Source: Camelus dromedarius (Eukaryota). From it: DNA of 64,000 bases. Where the stretch lies: positions 90,088,001 through 90,152,000 of the forward strand of contig NC_087436.1 in NCBI RefSeq assembly GCF_036321535.1, in the 5' to 3' direction. The notes under the pieces are model-generated. The model was given only the letters and a program-made list of their open reading frames with translations, did not search any database and was not told where the DNA came from. Within the stretch, counting starts at the first letter, position 1. Every line of letters starts with the position of its first letter. The position numbers and the translations under genes are program-made. This document shows positions 11,210 through 23,890 of this stretch, piece after piece.

Positions 11210-13094
11210 TAAACATCAATCTAAAGGTAAATGGAAAATGAAGTACCAGTGAAGAATAAATCATTTCACTAAAATATCATGGCTATTTACATGCTCTAAT
11301 CTATAGCCTGCTCATTATCATGGGGGCAATTTTAATTCTGGGATTCTTTCAAGTCTATCTAAGCATGACCATATTTAAAAATACTTAAAAATGCTTAATA
11401 TAAATAGCTTTGATTGTCTCACTAGTGTTCCATTAACTGGGCTTTAAATGTTGACAGTATTTATAAGTGGAAATAAAATTGATAAAAGTATGACAGATGC
11501 TTTTCTCTATACAACCATTGTATATACCATTAAAACAAGTGCTTTGTTTTCAAAGCCAGTGGTGTTCTGAGCAGTCCTATTTGAATACGCAGATCAAAAA
11601 GGGAAGTGTACAAATCTTATTATTTCTAAAAATGAGATTGTAAAAGTGAAAATATAGTTAGATTATTTTTACAAGAAATCAAGTAGGGCTTACTTTCAAG
11701 GGGAATGCAGTCTAATCTCTGTTTCTCTCTTTTTGCAAGTATTAGTTTTTTCATCCTGAGAAATATTTTTTTTTTAAATCCTCTTTCTCTAGATGCATTG
11801 TATCTTAATTTTATTGGATCATGGGCACTTGTGTTTCCTGGCAGCTTTAAATGCTTTGAACGCAAATATAGACCAATAAGAGTGGATATGGATGAAGGGA
11901 AGGATAATCGGAGTAGAACAATTTGTAAAAGTGCTAATTCACATACAGTCATCCTCTAAATATGCGATCAGGTTCTAGAAGTATGGAGAAGGGAAGTTGT
12001 GACTGGCATGATTGTACTGTCTTGGATTTACAATTGCATGATAATATTTTATCTATTCTTGAATTGCATAGATAGACTCAGGTGAAATCAATTCCTAAAA
12101 TGTCGAGTAGTTTCTGAGAAAAAAATAAATAAAAGAACTTAGGTTAACTGAGAATTCAGTAAGAATAGGGCAAATTTCAAGAGTAAATCTAACTAAATAT
12201 AAAAGTGTTAGTGTAAGGAGAAATTAGGCAATTCATTGGATGCATTATATTTTAAAGATAAAGTTTTCATTAAAGAGTTTTCAAAACTGATTAGCTGAAG
12301 GTTAAAGTACAATCAATGTGGATAAATATATAGACAATCCCCAGGAGCCTCACCATTGGCGTGTCTCATATTCTGATATCAGTATTTAATCACAAAATAT
12401 ACCATATTTCAGCATAAGAAGAAGAAGACCCAAAATGAGGGCTGCATTCTTGCCAATGATTCAGTATCAACAAGAATGGTTGATGGTACTCTCACATCAA
12501 GGACCTGTGATTGTAAGATGTGAAATTATATTTCAAGTCAAGTTGTGAAGAAATGTAATCTAGTACTTTGATTATTCAGGAGATTCAGATAGGATGATTT
12601 GAGTAAAATTTAAACTAATAACCAATAATTGAATAAACACATAATAAGTGAATAAGCACATGTGTAAAATTATCAGAGTTTTATATGCATGCCTATTCTC
12701 ATTGCTGCACAATTTCCTGTCGCAAGATACAAAATTCACAATTATTTCGGTCTTAGCACTGAAGTTCAGACATAGATATTTAATGATTAAGAATTTGTCT
12801 CACCACAAATATTTTGAAAATAATTTCCGACCAAGCTATTTTTCTTCATATTACCAAATGTATTTAACTCCTCGGTGTCACACCAAATGAAGTCCAGGCA
12901 TACTTGGTATTACGTTTCTCTTGGTCATCATTGCTTTTTTACTGCTAGGAAGTCCTTGACAGGCCACTGCAAAGTCACAGAAACCATCACCAAGTCTCTA
13001 TCAAAACATTCCAAATGGAGTTTCCAGACACTGTTAACCACATCGCTCTAGTAAATGTAAGGTCATTGTGCTTGCATTTTGGAAATGACATAAC

Positions 13095-13760
13095 CTAATC
13101 CAAATATTTATGCAGCACTTTCTATGTATAAAGAACTGATTTAGATACAATCGGGAATATAAAAATGAACTCTCCAGGAGGAGAGTATAATGTAATCAGA
13201 AGATTAGTGATACAATTTAAGTGAGGGAGGATAACCCTGGGAAAGCTTCTTGGAGAATGTGTGTTTAGAGATGGGAGCTTGAGAATTCAGTATGTCAATA
13301 GGTGAGATTAACAGAGACTACATTTTCCAGTTAAGTAAACAGCTTGAATAAAGCAGCATGAGCACAAATAAAAGTTCCATTTTAATTGAAGGTTAAGATT
13401 CATCTAAAGACAAGCAAAGATGAGGCTAGAAAGACTGGTCGAACCCTATGGCAGAGAGGCAAGAATAGGAACTTCAGGAGGCTGGGTGATACAGACTTGT
13501 GAAGAGTTCACTAAGGTACCTGAGTAAAGATGAACCATCATTAAAACAGCAGACGTTTCACCTTATTGGTGTTTTATGTTAGAGTAAGATAAGCCAGTTA
13601 GGAAGCTACCATAGTACAGGAGGTGAGAGAGAATGAAGGTCAGGATTCTGGTGATTGAAGTTCAGTGGAGAAGGGGGAAGACAGATCCTGAACTAGAAAG
13701 GAAAAGTGGCAGCATGAAGCTGAGTAATGTGCTGTGTGTGACAAGAGAAGAGGTCCTGTA
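13095..13760 (-). mobile_element. L2 LINE fragment inside the 3' UTR
   Basis: Starts with aaatatttatgcagcactttctatgta (L2 3' end, reversed), then purine-rich L2-like sequence (gttaggaagctaccatagtacaggaggtgagagagaatgaagg). Confidence 0.6.
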
Positions 13761-14493
13761 TTGAATAGTAGGTATTTGTGTGTAAATAGACACTATAACA
13801 CCACAAGGAAATTCTGAATATATTATAGTCTTGTTTGCTGTTACTTTTAACATTTTAACCAGATTTTATTTTTCCTACTGATCTATGTGTTTCCCACATT
13901 AGGGATGACGAAAAAGAGTAATCTCCTGAAGCAGAACCATAAGGCAGGTCTGTCCAGATTGTTATTATTTTTGTAAAAATCTGTTCCCCACTAAAAGGGC
14001 TTTCTCTTCAAATAATTTTCTTTTTTCTTTCAAACTAAGAAAAAAAATGTATTTGAACAAAGAGAGAAAAGGGGGAGAACTGTGAATAGAATTAGGCTGC
14101 TATGTGACCAGACAAATCCAGGAAGTTGATGTCTGATTCTCAAACAATTTCTGAAATATGTGTCTCAGAACAGACTAATTTTATTGTTGGACAGTGAAAT
14201 GTACTTGGAATCTTTGAGCCTCTGAATGGTTGAGTCTGTGATAACTGTGATTCAGTTAAGCCAAAAAGGGCTAAACAAAGGACTTTTAAGATATGGTTGA
14301 CCTAAATGGAAGTTGTTTGGATCTTGATAAACCACTGTAATAAGTTATCTGTGTCCATTAAGTGTATGTAGTCACTTCACATAGTAAAGTCTTATGGCTT
14401 GTGATTGTAATGGCTTCTGTCATTTGCTTCTGCCTCACCATTTCGGGGAGTATTTTGTGAGTGTGGCAAAGGTATTTTAATTTATCAGTCTTC

Positions 14494-14590
14494 TGTACAT
14501 TAATGATTCTAAGTGCAAAATAAATGCAGTAACTTGTTATGAAATAAAGAGTTACATTTTCTTAAAATGTGTCTTTTTTTTAGTTTTCAT
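14494..14590 (+). terminator. Probable distal polyadenylation site
   Basis: TGTA near 14494, tandem AATAAA at 14519-14524 and 14543-14548, then a GT/T-rich element (tgtgtctttttttt). Confidence 0.65.
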
Positions 14591-15597
14591 ACAGATATGT
14601 CCCTTTATTGTTTGAGTATGTAATCACGATTTTAGCATTGAAGTTAATTTCTGATCAGTGTTATCTCACATTTTTTTTCATTTAAGAAAATAAATTTAAG
14701 AGTTTCTCTTTGGTAGAGAGTCCTGAAAATGAGTTAAATTATAAAAGGATAGGCAAAGATAATTAATGTTTATGCATGATTTTCACTGCAAAGACTATGA
14801 ATTTCTGGATTGTTCTAATAACCTGTGATTTCATCCTAGTTGGAACTGCCAGATAGTATTCCACAGGTGAATCCATGAGCACAGAATATATCAGCTAGGA
14901 TTAATACCTGGGTCTTTCCAAACACCCTGTGTTATGAAAATGTATTATTTCATTTGAGGAAACAGTGAAGGAAAAAAATGCCAGAAAATCAGGAAAGAGG
15001 TTATCTTCTGCCTCACCCTCCTACTTTTCCCTTCTCTGCCACTAAAATACAGTACTTTGAAAAAAAATTATGGTTCTTCCTTCAGGCCCAGTGCTGCTTT
15101 TATAAATAACTGAAGAAGATGAAGGGGGATTTATTGTTTCTTGAGCACCTGTCATGTGTCTGGAACTTTAAATGTGTCATATATTAATAACGTATTCTTC
15201 AAAGTAAAGAGCTCTAACTAACATGGAAAAACTGAGGTCCAGTCTATTAAATACGTTCTCCAAGTTCACATACCTGAAATTAAAGATAGGTACCTCTAGC
15301 TGTACAGACACTTCTCTTTCAATTACACAGAACTACTCTGATGACAATGTGATTGTTCATATTCCAACACAAGAACAAATTTTCTTCTCATAAGAGATGA
15401 TTAGACCCAAAAAGCAACCTACTCATTTCTGTTTAAAGCACAGAAACCCTACATTATCCTGTCAGAACATAATCTTTGTTATCTCCTTACTTGTTATTTA
15501 CAATGTGGACTTAATTTCAGCTGAAACATTTTAAACAAGTACTACAAGTGTTCTGAAAAATTACTCCTGATAAACAATCAAATATAACACAGATTAC

Positions 15598-16428
15598 CAG
15601 GCATGCCTCAGAAATATCGCAGGTTCAATTCTAGAGCACCAGAATACAGTGAATATCACAATACAGCAAATCACACAAGACTTTTGGTTTCCCAGTACAT
15701 GTAAAAGTTATGTTTACAGATGCTGTAGTCTGTTAAGTACACAATAGTGTTATTTCTTTTAGAAGTACGCACCTTAATTAAAAACCTACATTATGACTGA
15801 AAAAATGCTAACCATCTGGGCCTGCAGCAAGTCATAATCTTTTGGCTCGTGGAGAGTCATGCCTCCACACTGATGGTGCTGACTGATCAGGGTGGTGACT
15901 GCTGAAGGCTTGTGTGGCTGTGGCATTTCTTAAAGTAAGACAACCACAAAGTTTGCCACTTCAATTGACTCTTCTTTACAAGAACAATTTCTCCCTTGCA
16001 CGGAATGCTGTTTGGTAGCATTTTACCCACAGTAGAACTTCTTTCAAACTTGAAGCTAATCCTCTCAAACCCTGCCTCTGCTTTATAAACTAAGCTCACA
16101 GAATATTCTTAATCCTTTGTTGTCATTTCAACAACAAAGTTTGCTGTCTTACATGCGCATGGTTTGTGGTGCCCGAAAATAATTACAATAGTAACATCAA
16201 AGATCACGAATCCCAGATCACCATAACAAATGTAAGAATAATGAAAAGGTTTGAAATATTATGAAAATGACCAACATGTGATACAGAAACAAGAAGTGAG
16301 CAAGTGCTGTTGGAAAAATGGTGACAATAAACTTATTTGACATAAGTTGCCCCAAACCATCAATTTGTAAAAAACACAGTATCTGCCAAGCACAGTAAAG
16401 CGAAGCACAGTAAAATGAGCTATGCCTG
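15598..16428 (-). mobile_element. Internally deleted Tigger1 (TcMar-Tigger) DNA transposon
   Basis: Inverted ends caggcatgcctc (15598) and gagctatgcctg (16428); minus-strand ORF 15887-16099 (AGFERISFKFERSSTVGKMLPNSI...LSYFKK) resembles the Tigger1 transposase C-terminus; deletion junction near 16135. Confidence 0.92.
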
Positions 16429-16444
16429 TGCTGACTTTTTAGAA

Positions 16445-16634
16445 AAAGGGGTGGCACACCGTGGCCACAGCAATGATTACTGGCACATAGTCAAACCGCT
16501 TTGTTTACATACTGAATATGATTGCCTTTGTATTATACTGGCAGGGAAGAGTAGGTGAAACGGAAATCAAACAGCCCATAAAGCCACATTACGTACTTAT
16601 CTGGCACTTTACAAAAAAAGTTCGCCAACTCCTG
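16445..16634. mobile_element. MER58A-like hAT element
   Basis: Ends with cttatctggcactttacaaaaaaagttcgccaactcctg, as in the MER58 terminus. Confidence 0.7.
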
Positions 16635-17854
16635 TTCTGGAATAACTTTATTGCGCCATTTAAAAAAGACAGTACTTTTTTTTAAAATACATTTTCTTAA
16701 TTTTTAAAAAATAATGCTCTGCACTGTACTTTATCATCTCAAATCCTCTCGAAGAGACATTAATCAAAGATATGTTCTCTTTTTTGAATCTGTAAAAATC
16801 TTATTGTAAATCTGTTTTATTGATGAAAATACATGCTTCATAATTATGTCAATGTTGTCTGAAGTAGATAAAGTAGATTAATCTAGAGAAAAGATTGACA
16901 CAAGATGCTTTTAAGTAAAAGAAAAGTGATAAATGCAAATGTTAAAGTAATGTTAATATTTTCCGTCTTGAGACAGCATAAGGTGTGTTTCCTCATTAAA
17001 GTTGTTGTGTCAATATAAAAATCTTGCTTTTAACATTTTTCACAGTATTAAAATCCAAGCAGCTTTTTCTGAATAATTTCATTGGAATAAATATTTAATT
17101 CACTTTGCACATTACTCACGTGCTTTTCTCTGGATTTCAGGATGTGCATTTCAATTATTAAAATTTACATTTCAAATAGTCACAGAAATTTGTTAAAAAT
17201 TTTATAATCTGAATAAAAGAGGAAAGCTTTTTTATGATAGTACTACAATAGGTAACCATAGTAATGACGCACTCAACATTTACCATAAATAAGATCTCTG
17301 AATATTGATTCAAGTATGCTACTAAAAACTGTTTATATTCATACTAAGATTCAGATTTTTAATTTTTTTAGCCTTTAACCTTTAAATTGTTGAGCTAAAA
17401 TTTCAATTCATTATGACTTGTCTTTTTAAAAGTTTACTCCCATAAAATTTTTGAAACGGTGAAAAACTTACTTTGCATTAATCTTAATAATTAATATTAG
17501 CATATTGTTTTCCTACGCAAAATTTTAAATTAATGATCGAAGGTGACCAGCAGCAAAGCCTATGCCACATGAGAGGCCAATACTAAGCATTCTATTTGGC
17601 AAAGGAGAAACTGTGGGCCAGAGTTTGGGTGGCCCAGGCACATGACACACATCAAGCTCAAGTCTTTTGTTTGTAAATTCTGTATTTACAATGAGTTTAA
17701 GGCATGTTATAAAAGAATTGAACCATTTGTACTGCATGCATAATCCCTCCTACCTTCCCTTACTTTGTCTTCTCAAGGGTGAGGAAGGAAGACAATAAAA
17801 TGTGTCTTAACTCAGTACTTTTTATGTGTTTTTCAGTCATGCTTCCACAAGGAG

Positions 17855-18323
17855 AATAACAGGATAGTTTAATTGTGTGATTTGGGTAGGGTTTAATAAA
17901 AGGACACTTTATAAAAGCATGGGAAAAGCTAGAAAAGCCTCCAAGCATCTTCCAGAATCCTGAAAGAAATTCCAGAAGCAGGAGCTGAGTCCAAAGGACC
18001 AGAGGGGAGGCAGTAGTTGCAGGGAGCAAAAAAGAAATAGCTGTGGGCAGAAGGGCCTATGACAGGCACTGTGACCTTCAGCTGAAGGACACTGGCAACT
18101 TGTGGCAATCCTTTTGGAGGGAACCTGTGGAATAAATACCTTGGTGACATAATTTCCCTTTTTCCCTCTGATCTTCTGCTAGTCTCCTCATTGGCAAACC
18201 TAACTAGAAGCCATAGAACAAGAGAGCATTTGATCCAATCCATACAGGTTGGTTTTCTAGAATATGGAGCAGAGGGTATAGGCTGGAGGCGTTTGGAAAG
18301 GAAAGTGAAAAACACCCATAACA
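17855..18323 (-). mobile_element. ERVL solo LTR, LTR33-like
   Basis: ctcattggcaaacctaactagaagccatagaacaagagagc...atccatacaggt...ataaca follows the LTR33 pattern. Confidence 0.65.
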
Positions 18324-19199
18324 ATGTTTGAGGACACATTGAGGGATTCAGAACTGATTATAGTTAATAAACTTCATGGTCAAATAATTACTTTCTCTCT
18401 ACCTGGAAAACAAGAGCTAGAGGCAGCCCCGGGCAACTCTGAGCTCTGTGCCTCTCCCTGCACAGTCACTAGCCATGACTGGACCAGGATGCCTCGGCAA
18501 ACTTGACCTGTGAATCAAATAAGCTTCTCGTCTCTCCAGCTCCATTTTCTCTGATACAGGCAGGTATTATTTTTGCACATTGGTGCAGTAAATCTAGGTG
18601 TGTTTGTTCTAAGAGCAAAGGGCTAATTTACTAGATTTTTTTCAAATTGACACTTGTTGCCAAAATTCTGGTTAGTATAAGTGTTTTTTTTTCTTTGACT
18701 CTATTGTACATTTCTTTTTCTTGACAATTTGAATGGAAGAATTGAAGCAGGACCAAGAAAGACAAGATCCAGGTCCTTCTAGCTCTTCCTTTCTAGGTAA
18801 GGTTACAACAATGAATATGATATAGTTTCTGACTTCAATAATTACTGTAAACTGGAGTGAAATAGTACATACTGAGTTTTACAATGTGCCCAGAACTATA
18901 CACAAAAATTCAATCATGCATGAGGGTGAAACTTGAAAATGTAGATGGTACTGACTGGTCTGCAATTAAATATCTGTGATACACAAGCATAGCATATTTC
19001 AATTCTGATTTAACCACCTTGGGCAAATAACTGTAATACAGGAAACTGCAGGTGACACACTGAACTAAGTATAGTGAGAATAAAGCCATGTTCTTCTATA
19101 AGGAATTGTGAGGGAATGGCTTCTGACAATAAATAAGAGTGGGTAATGAAATATAATGTGACAATAAGAAAGAGTAATTTTAGCTAGTACACAATGTAT

Positions 19200-19410
19200 A
19201 CTTGACATTATCCTGAGTTTATTCATAATAACAACATCCTTAAATAGTTACTATTTTAATCTGCAATTTATGTGAAAGGAACCTGAGGCACAGAGTGGTT
19301 GAGATACTTGTCCAAGGACACAGAGAAAGTGAATAGTACCCCTGGGATTAAACCCTGACATGCCAGCCTGACAGCCTGTTCTCTACATCACTCTACAAGC
19401 TGCCTCTCTA
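19200..19410 (-). mobile_element. MIR SINE
   Basis: Core ctgaggcacagagtggttgagatacttgtccaaggacacag. Confidence 0.8.
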
Positions 19411-19739
19411 TGCATCCAGGCCCCACATACTCAGCCTAAGTCCTAAAGTATTACTATAAATATATATATGTAAGATATTATATATATTTATAATCACTGG
19501 CATTGGAGAATAAGTCAGCCAAAGATACATGTCCAGGATGGGATTCAAAACAGATTTCATTAAGGGGCTGACAGATCGGAGAGACAAGATTATATTAACC
19601 TATATAACTGGAAAGTCAAAGGCCAAAAGTTAATTATCCTAACATGAGACTGCAGAGATGCAGGAAGAAATAAAAAATGGCAACCTCCAAATGGAATCTA
19701 CATATTTCATGTTTTAAATTCTTAATTAATTAATTAAAA

Positions 19740-20730
19740 TTACTTCTATAATGATCCAGCAATCATATATATATGCCCACATAATTACTTTCTGGAGATA
19801 TATATATATATGTCTCCAGAAGAATTGAAATCAGGATCTCAAAGGGATATTTGCACACCCATGTTCTTTGCAGCATTATTCACAATGGCCAAAAAGTGGA
19901 GGCAACCAATGGCTATAAACAGATAAAGAAAATTTAGTATATATATATACAATAGAGTATTATTCAGCTTTTAAAAAGAAGAAAATTTTGTCACATGCTA
20001 TAACATGGATAAAACTTGAGGACAACATACTAAGAGAAATAAACCAACCACAGAAAGAAAAATAAAGATTTCTTCTGCTATCCAAAAGTAAAGCATTCCT
20101 GCAAAAAACTTTCCTAAGATAAAAGAGTGTAAAGCAAAGAAGCAATTACCTTAAGACACATCTTGCTAACAGAGACATAAAATAAATGGAGACAAAGTAC
20201 AGATGCTCACAAAGTTGAAAGTTATGGTGGCTTAATGCTGAGATGAGGAGTGTGGTTCCTGGAAGAGGGTCTTGGTGGTGCTATTCTGGCTATTCACGGT
20301 GAGCCCTGCCTCTATAAAAGCTTGCTGCAAAACTGATGCTGAACACTATGTTCATTTTTTGCCTTATTTTTGTAAAGCAAAAATTCCCTTAGGATTTATT
20401 CTGGTTAGCAAAATCAGGTACCCACGTAGGTCTTCCCAGAAAAGTGCAGTGGCATTAAGTGGACTTTTGAAAAGCAAGGGATACCTGCACTGTAGATTCC
20501 CCTTTATGAAGTATCTAAAACAGTGAAATTCATAGAAACAGAAAGTAGTATGGTAATTGCCAAGGGCTTGGGGAAGGGGGAATGGGAAGTTGTACAATGG
20601 ATATAGAGTTTCAGTTTTGCAAGACGAAAAAAATCTGCAGAGCTGTTGCATGATACTGTAAATATAGTTAACCCAACTGTACAGGTTAGGATGATAAAAT
20701 TTTCATGTTTCTTTTTTACCATAATTAAGC
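19740..20730 (+). mobile_element. L1MA/L1MB-type 3' end interrupted by a DNA transposon
   Basis: atgatccagcaatc, gatatttgcacacccatgttc, gcagcattattcacaatggccaaaa; resumes after 20489 with gattcccctttatgaagtatctaa...gagtttcagttttgcaaga. Confidence 0.85.
20065..20487. mobile_element. Tigger-type (TcMar) MITE nested in L1
   Basis: Decayed 25-bp inverted ends (aagatttcttctgctatccaaaagt / acttttgaaaagcaagggatacctg), TA on the left and CA on the right; removing it restores L1 ...aaaaata|ctgtagattcc. Confidence 0.8.
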
Positions 20731-21179
20731 ATATGTCTACATATCTATCTATAGAACATAGATATACAGAAGAAAAATTACTTCTACAATCTTCTTTGCA
20801 GACTGGATATAAATGTGTAGTATCAGCAACAGTCATTATATTTAGGAAAATCACAAAACTTCTGTAGCAAAAATAGAAACAGCATTGAAATTATGCAGAA
20901 TTAGAATCAAATCCCAGCACTTCCTTACTTCTGGGTGGTTATGGACAAACTAACTTTATAGGCCTTGTTTTTTTTTTTTTAATCTAAATATTAGGGCTAA
21001 CATATACTACAAAGGATTTAATAAAGATAATATTTACGGAAACGTTTGGCACCTTGCAGATGCTCCAAAATTGTTAATATCTGCCCTTGATGTTTATGAG
21101 AGGGGAAAGACTTATGAAAGGGAGATTTCTTGAAATAATTAGTTTTTGATCCAGGACTGTAATAGGAAGCAGCTTTATA

Positions 21180-21380
21180 TAGCTGTTGAAAATGTGACTG
21201 AATTCAGACGCCCAGTTTGCAGCCCAGCTCCACTAGTTACAGACCACAGGGCACCAGGAAAATTACTTAACCCTTTCAAGCCACACTCATCCCAACTGTA
21301 AACCATGGATGACAATAAATGTACTGACTCTACAGAATGTGCAGCAGACACTGTGAAGTGAGTACCGAAAAATAAGTACA
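21180..21380 (+). mobile_element. MIR SINE
   Basis: ctccactagtt...ttacttaaccctttcaagcc...ctgtaaa...ggatgacaata. Confidence 0.65.
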
Positions 21381-22999
21381 ATATTGGAATATTTGGGTGT
21401 TCTCTCCAGTGAGCTTTTCTTTTTCTTCTTAAGAAATATACTAGGCTGCTGTCTGCACTCAGTCCTTAGATTTTTCAGCTTTTGGCCTTCCCCTTCTTCC
21501 TCTTGGAATTCAGACAGAAGACTAGGACATGCAGAAGTTGATGTACAGAAAAAAAGAGTGATTGTTATACCTTTGCTGGACTGCTTATTCCAAGATTTCT
21601 TGTTATGAATTTAAAAAAATAAAACAACCCTCTATTCTTTAGGACACTGTACAGGCTTATTGCAAGCATTAAAGGAAGCAAAAGTAATAAAACAGTTAGC
21701 ACAGTGACTTGCCTGTAGCAAATTACTGACAGACATGTATGCCCAGCTGCATGTGGACCTCACAATCCTCCTATTTCATTTTCTATGATGCTGAGCATAT
21801 GCTGGAAGACTGCATTGGTATCAATCTGCGTGTAAGCCATGATCGGATGTTTTTATCACTTTCTTAACCTTTGACAATAAATACATAATAATGAAGGGCC
21901 AACTGTATTACAGTTTTCCTCAGTTTTTACAAAGCTACTTTCCATTATATTCTAATTGATGGATTGAACGTGAGGAAAGTAGACATTCAAGAATGAGACT
22001 GTATTATAAAAATTCCAAAGTGTTTGTAAAAAATCATTTCTGGGATAAATTTCACTGCTGCAGTAAAAAAAATTGAATCTGCATCTGGTTTTGGACTATT
22101 TTGATGAGCTTAAAATATCTTGGGGGGAGTACAGTGTGTATACCATATGCTCAAGTTTTAGTTCATTGATTAGTTTATTGAGCTGTGCTGACTTCCTAGT
22201 GTAAAGCTGATTCACTGTGTGATTCATCATAGAGAAAGCTAATAAGCTGAAATGCTTTTTCTACTCTTATGGAAAATGTATGTTTCCTAATGGTCTTTAA
22301 ATGGTGTAGTTTTCAACCATGACCTGCTTTCCTTAAACTATCAAGATGAAAATTAAAATAAAATTTAAGCTAAACTAAAATGATACATTCAATGAAGTAA
22401 AGATGTGGCTGGCTCTTTGAAAGCATATGAATCAAATCTTATTTCCAGAGTTCCATTATTTCCTGAACCAGTTGCATAACAGATTGCATTTTCCAGAAGT
22501 GGTTGCAACAACATTTCCCAACATACATTTTTTTTTTAACAATATGATTTTTTTACCTTCCACCAATTAAAAGGTAGGACTTAATTCAGTTACTTATTTC
22601 CTAGAAAGTCCTGCAGTTTCTGGCCTTACCAACTTCTACAAGTTTGTCCAGTGCCATTTCAAAGACCCTGAAGTGTTCACAGCTCAGAACCTTGGAATAA
22701 CTTATTATTTCTGCTTAGACTATTCTTTCCCTTTTAAATTGCTTTGTTGGCTCCTGCTTATATTGTAGCTCTAAGCTTAATTTTAATGAAAAAAGAGGCA
22801 TTCTCTGTTCTCTATATCTAATTGATCTGAGTCTTATTTATTCACTCTGTAGCACTTACTACAAGCAGGAACTTTAAAAAGTATATACACACATGTTTAT
22901 TCATTGATTGATTGTCCTCTACTTTGTAAACCTTAGATAGTCAGGGGCCGAAACAGTTACCACATAAAAGGAAGCTAATAACTATTGTTTGAAAAAAAT

Positions 23000-23890
23000 C
23001 TTTGAAATAATAATTCAAAAAAGAAAAAGAGTCATAATTATACCTTGATTACAATACAATGAATGTACAAAATTTATTTTTAAAGAAGTATGGGATGCAG
23101 TATATATTTAATCCAGTAAATGAGCAGTATTTAATGCTATCAGTATCAATAAAAAAATAGATTGAAAAGTCAACAAAACAATACAACAAATGCAGGAAAA
23201 CCAGAAAAGAAACATAGTAAAGAAAAAAATTATAAATTGATAAATGTAACATGAATTGATAAACACAGGCAAACAATTAAAAAGTAAAAAAAGAAAACTC
23301 ACTTGTGAAACAAGAGAGAAGAAAAAAGATAACTCATGTAACCAAAGTTGAAAGTGTAAAGAAGATAAACCATCAACTAGAGAAAGAACTGAGACATTTT
23401 AGAATTCTCTGTGCAATTACACAATAGTAACAAGACAACACAAAGCAGGCAGGATTAACATGAAAGTACTAGGTATTACAACACGTGACTCAAGGGGAAA
23501 TGGCACTGGAGTGCCAGTTAACAAGAGATTATTTTATATTTCAAGGAACACACTAGAAATAAGGTTTAAAAACCTCTCAATTTGAATTTTCCAGAAAATA
23601 TATTTTAAAATCTGAAAAGAAAAAAAAAGAAAACTATAGACTTGTTGCATAATTATAAGTAATACATTTTATATAAAATTCTAGCACATATAATTCAATA
23701 ATCATAGTGCCACGGTTCTATGACTGACTGTGAATATTCTTGGGCTATATGGCCAAGACCTTCTAAAATGATAACCCAAGAGAGTTGTGATCAGCAATAC
23801 CTCAATATCTATACATCTTACAGAGGAGCACATAATTACATAAAGTAAATGTTAACAAAGATCACAAAGATGTTGCTTCACAGAGGATTT
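23000..23890 (+). mobile_element. Highly decayed L1 ORF2-like fragment
   Basis: Strong A-rich strand bias with L1-like words (aaaatagattgaaaagtcaacaaaac); no intact frame. Confidence 0.4.

Larger units (their letters stand above)
9189..14570 (+). other. GABRG1: Probable long 3' UTR of GABRG1 (~5.4 kb)
   Basis: U-rich sequence after the stop codon, ending at a well-formed poly(A) site near 14,520-14,590. The end point is inferred. Confidence 0.6.
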
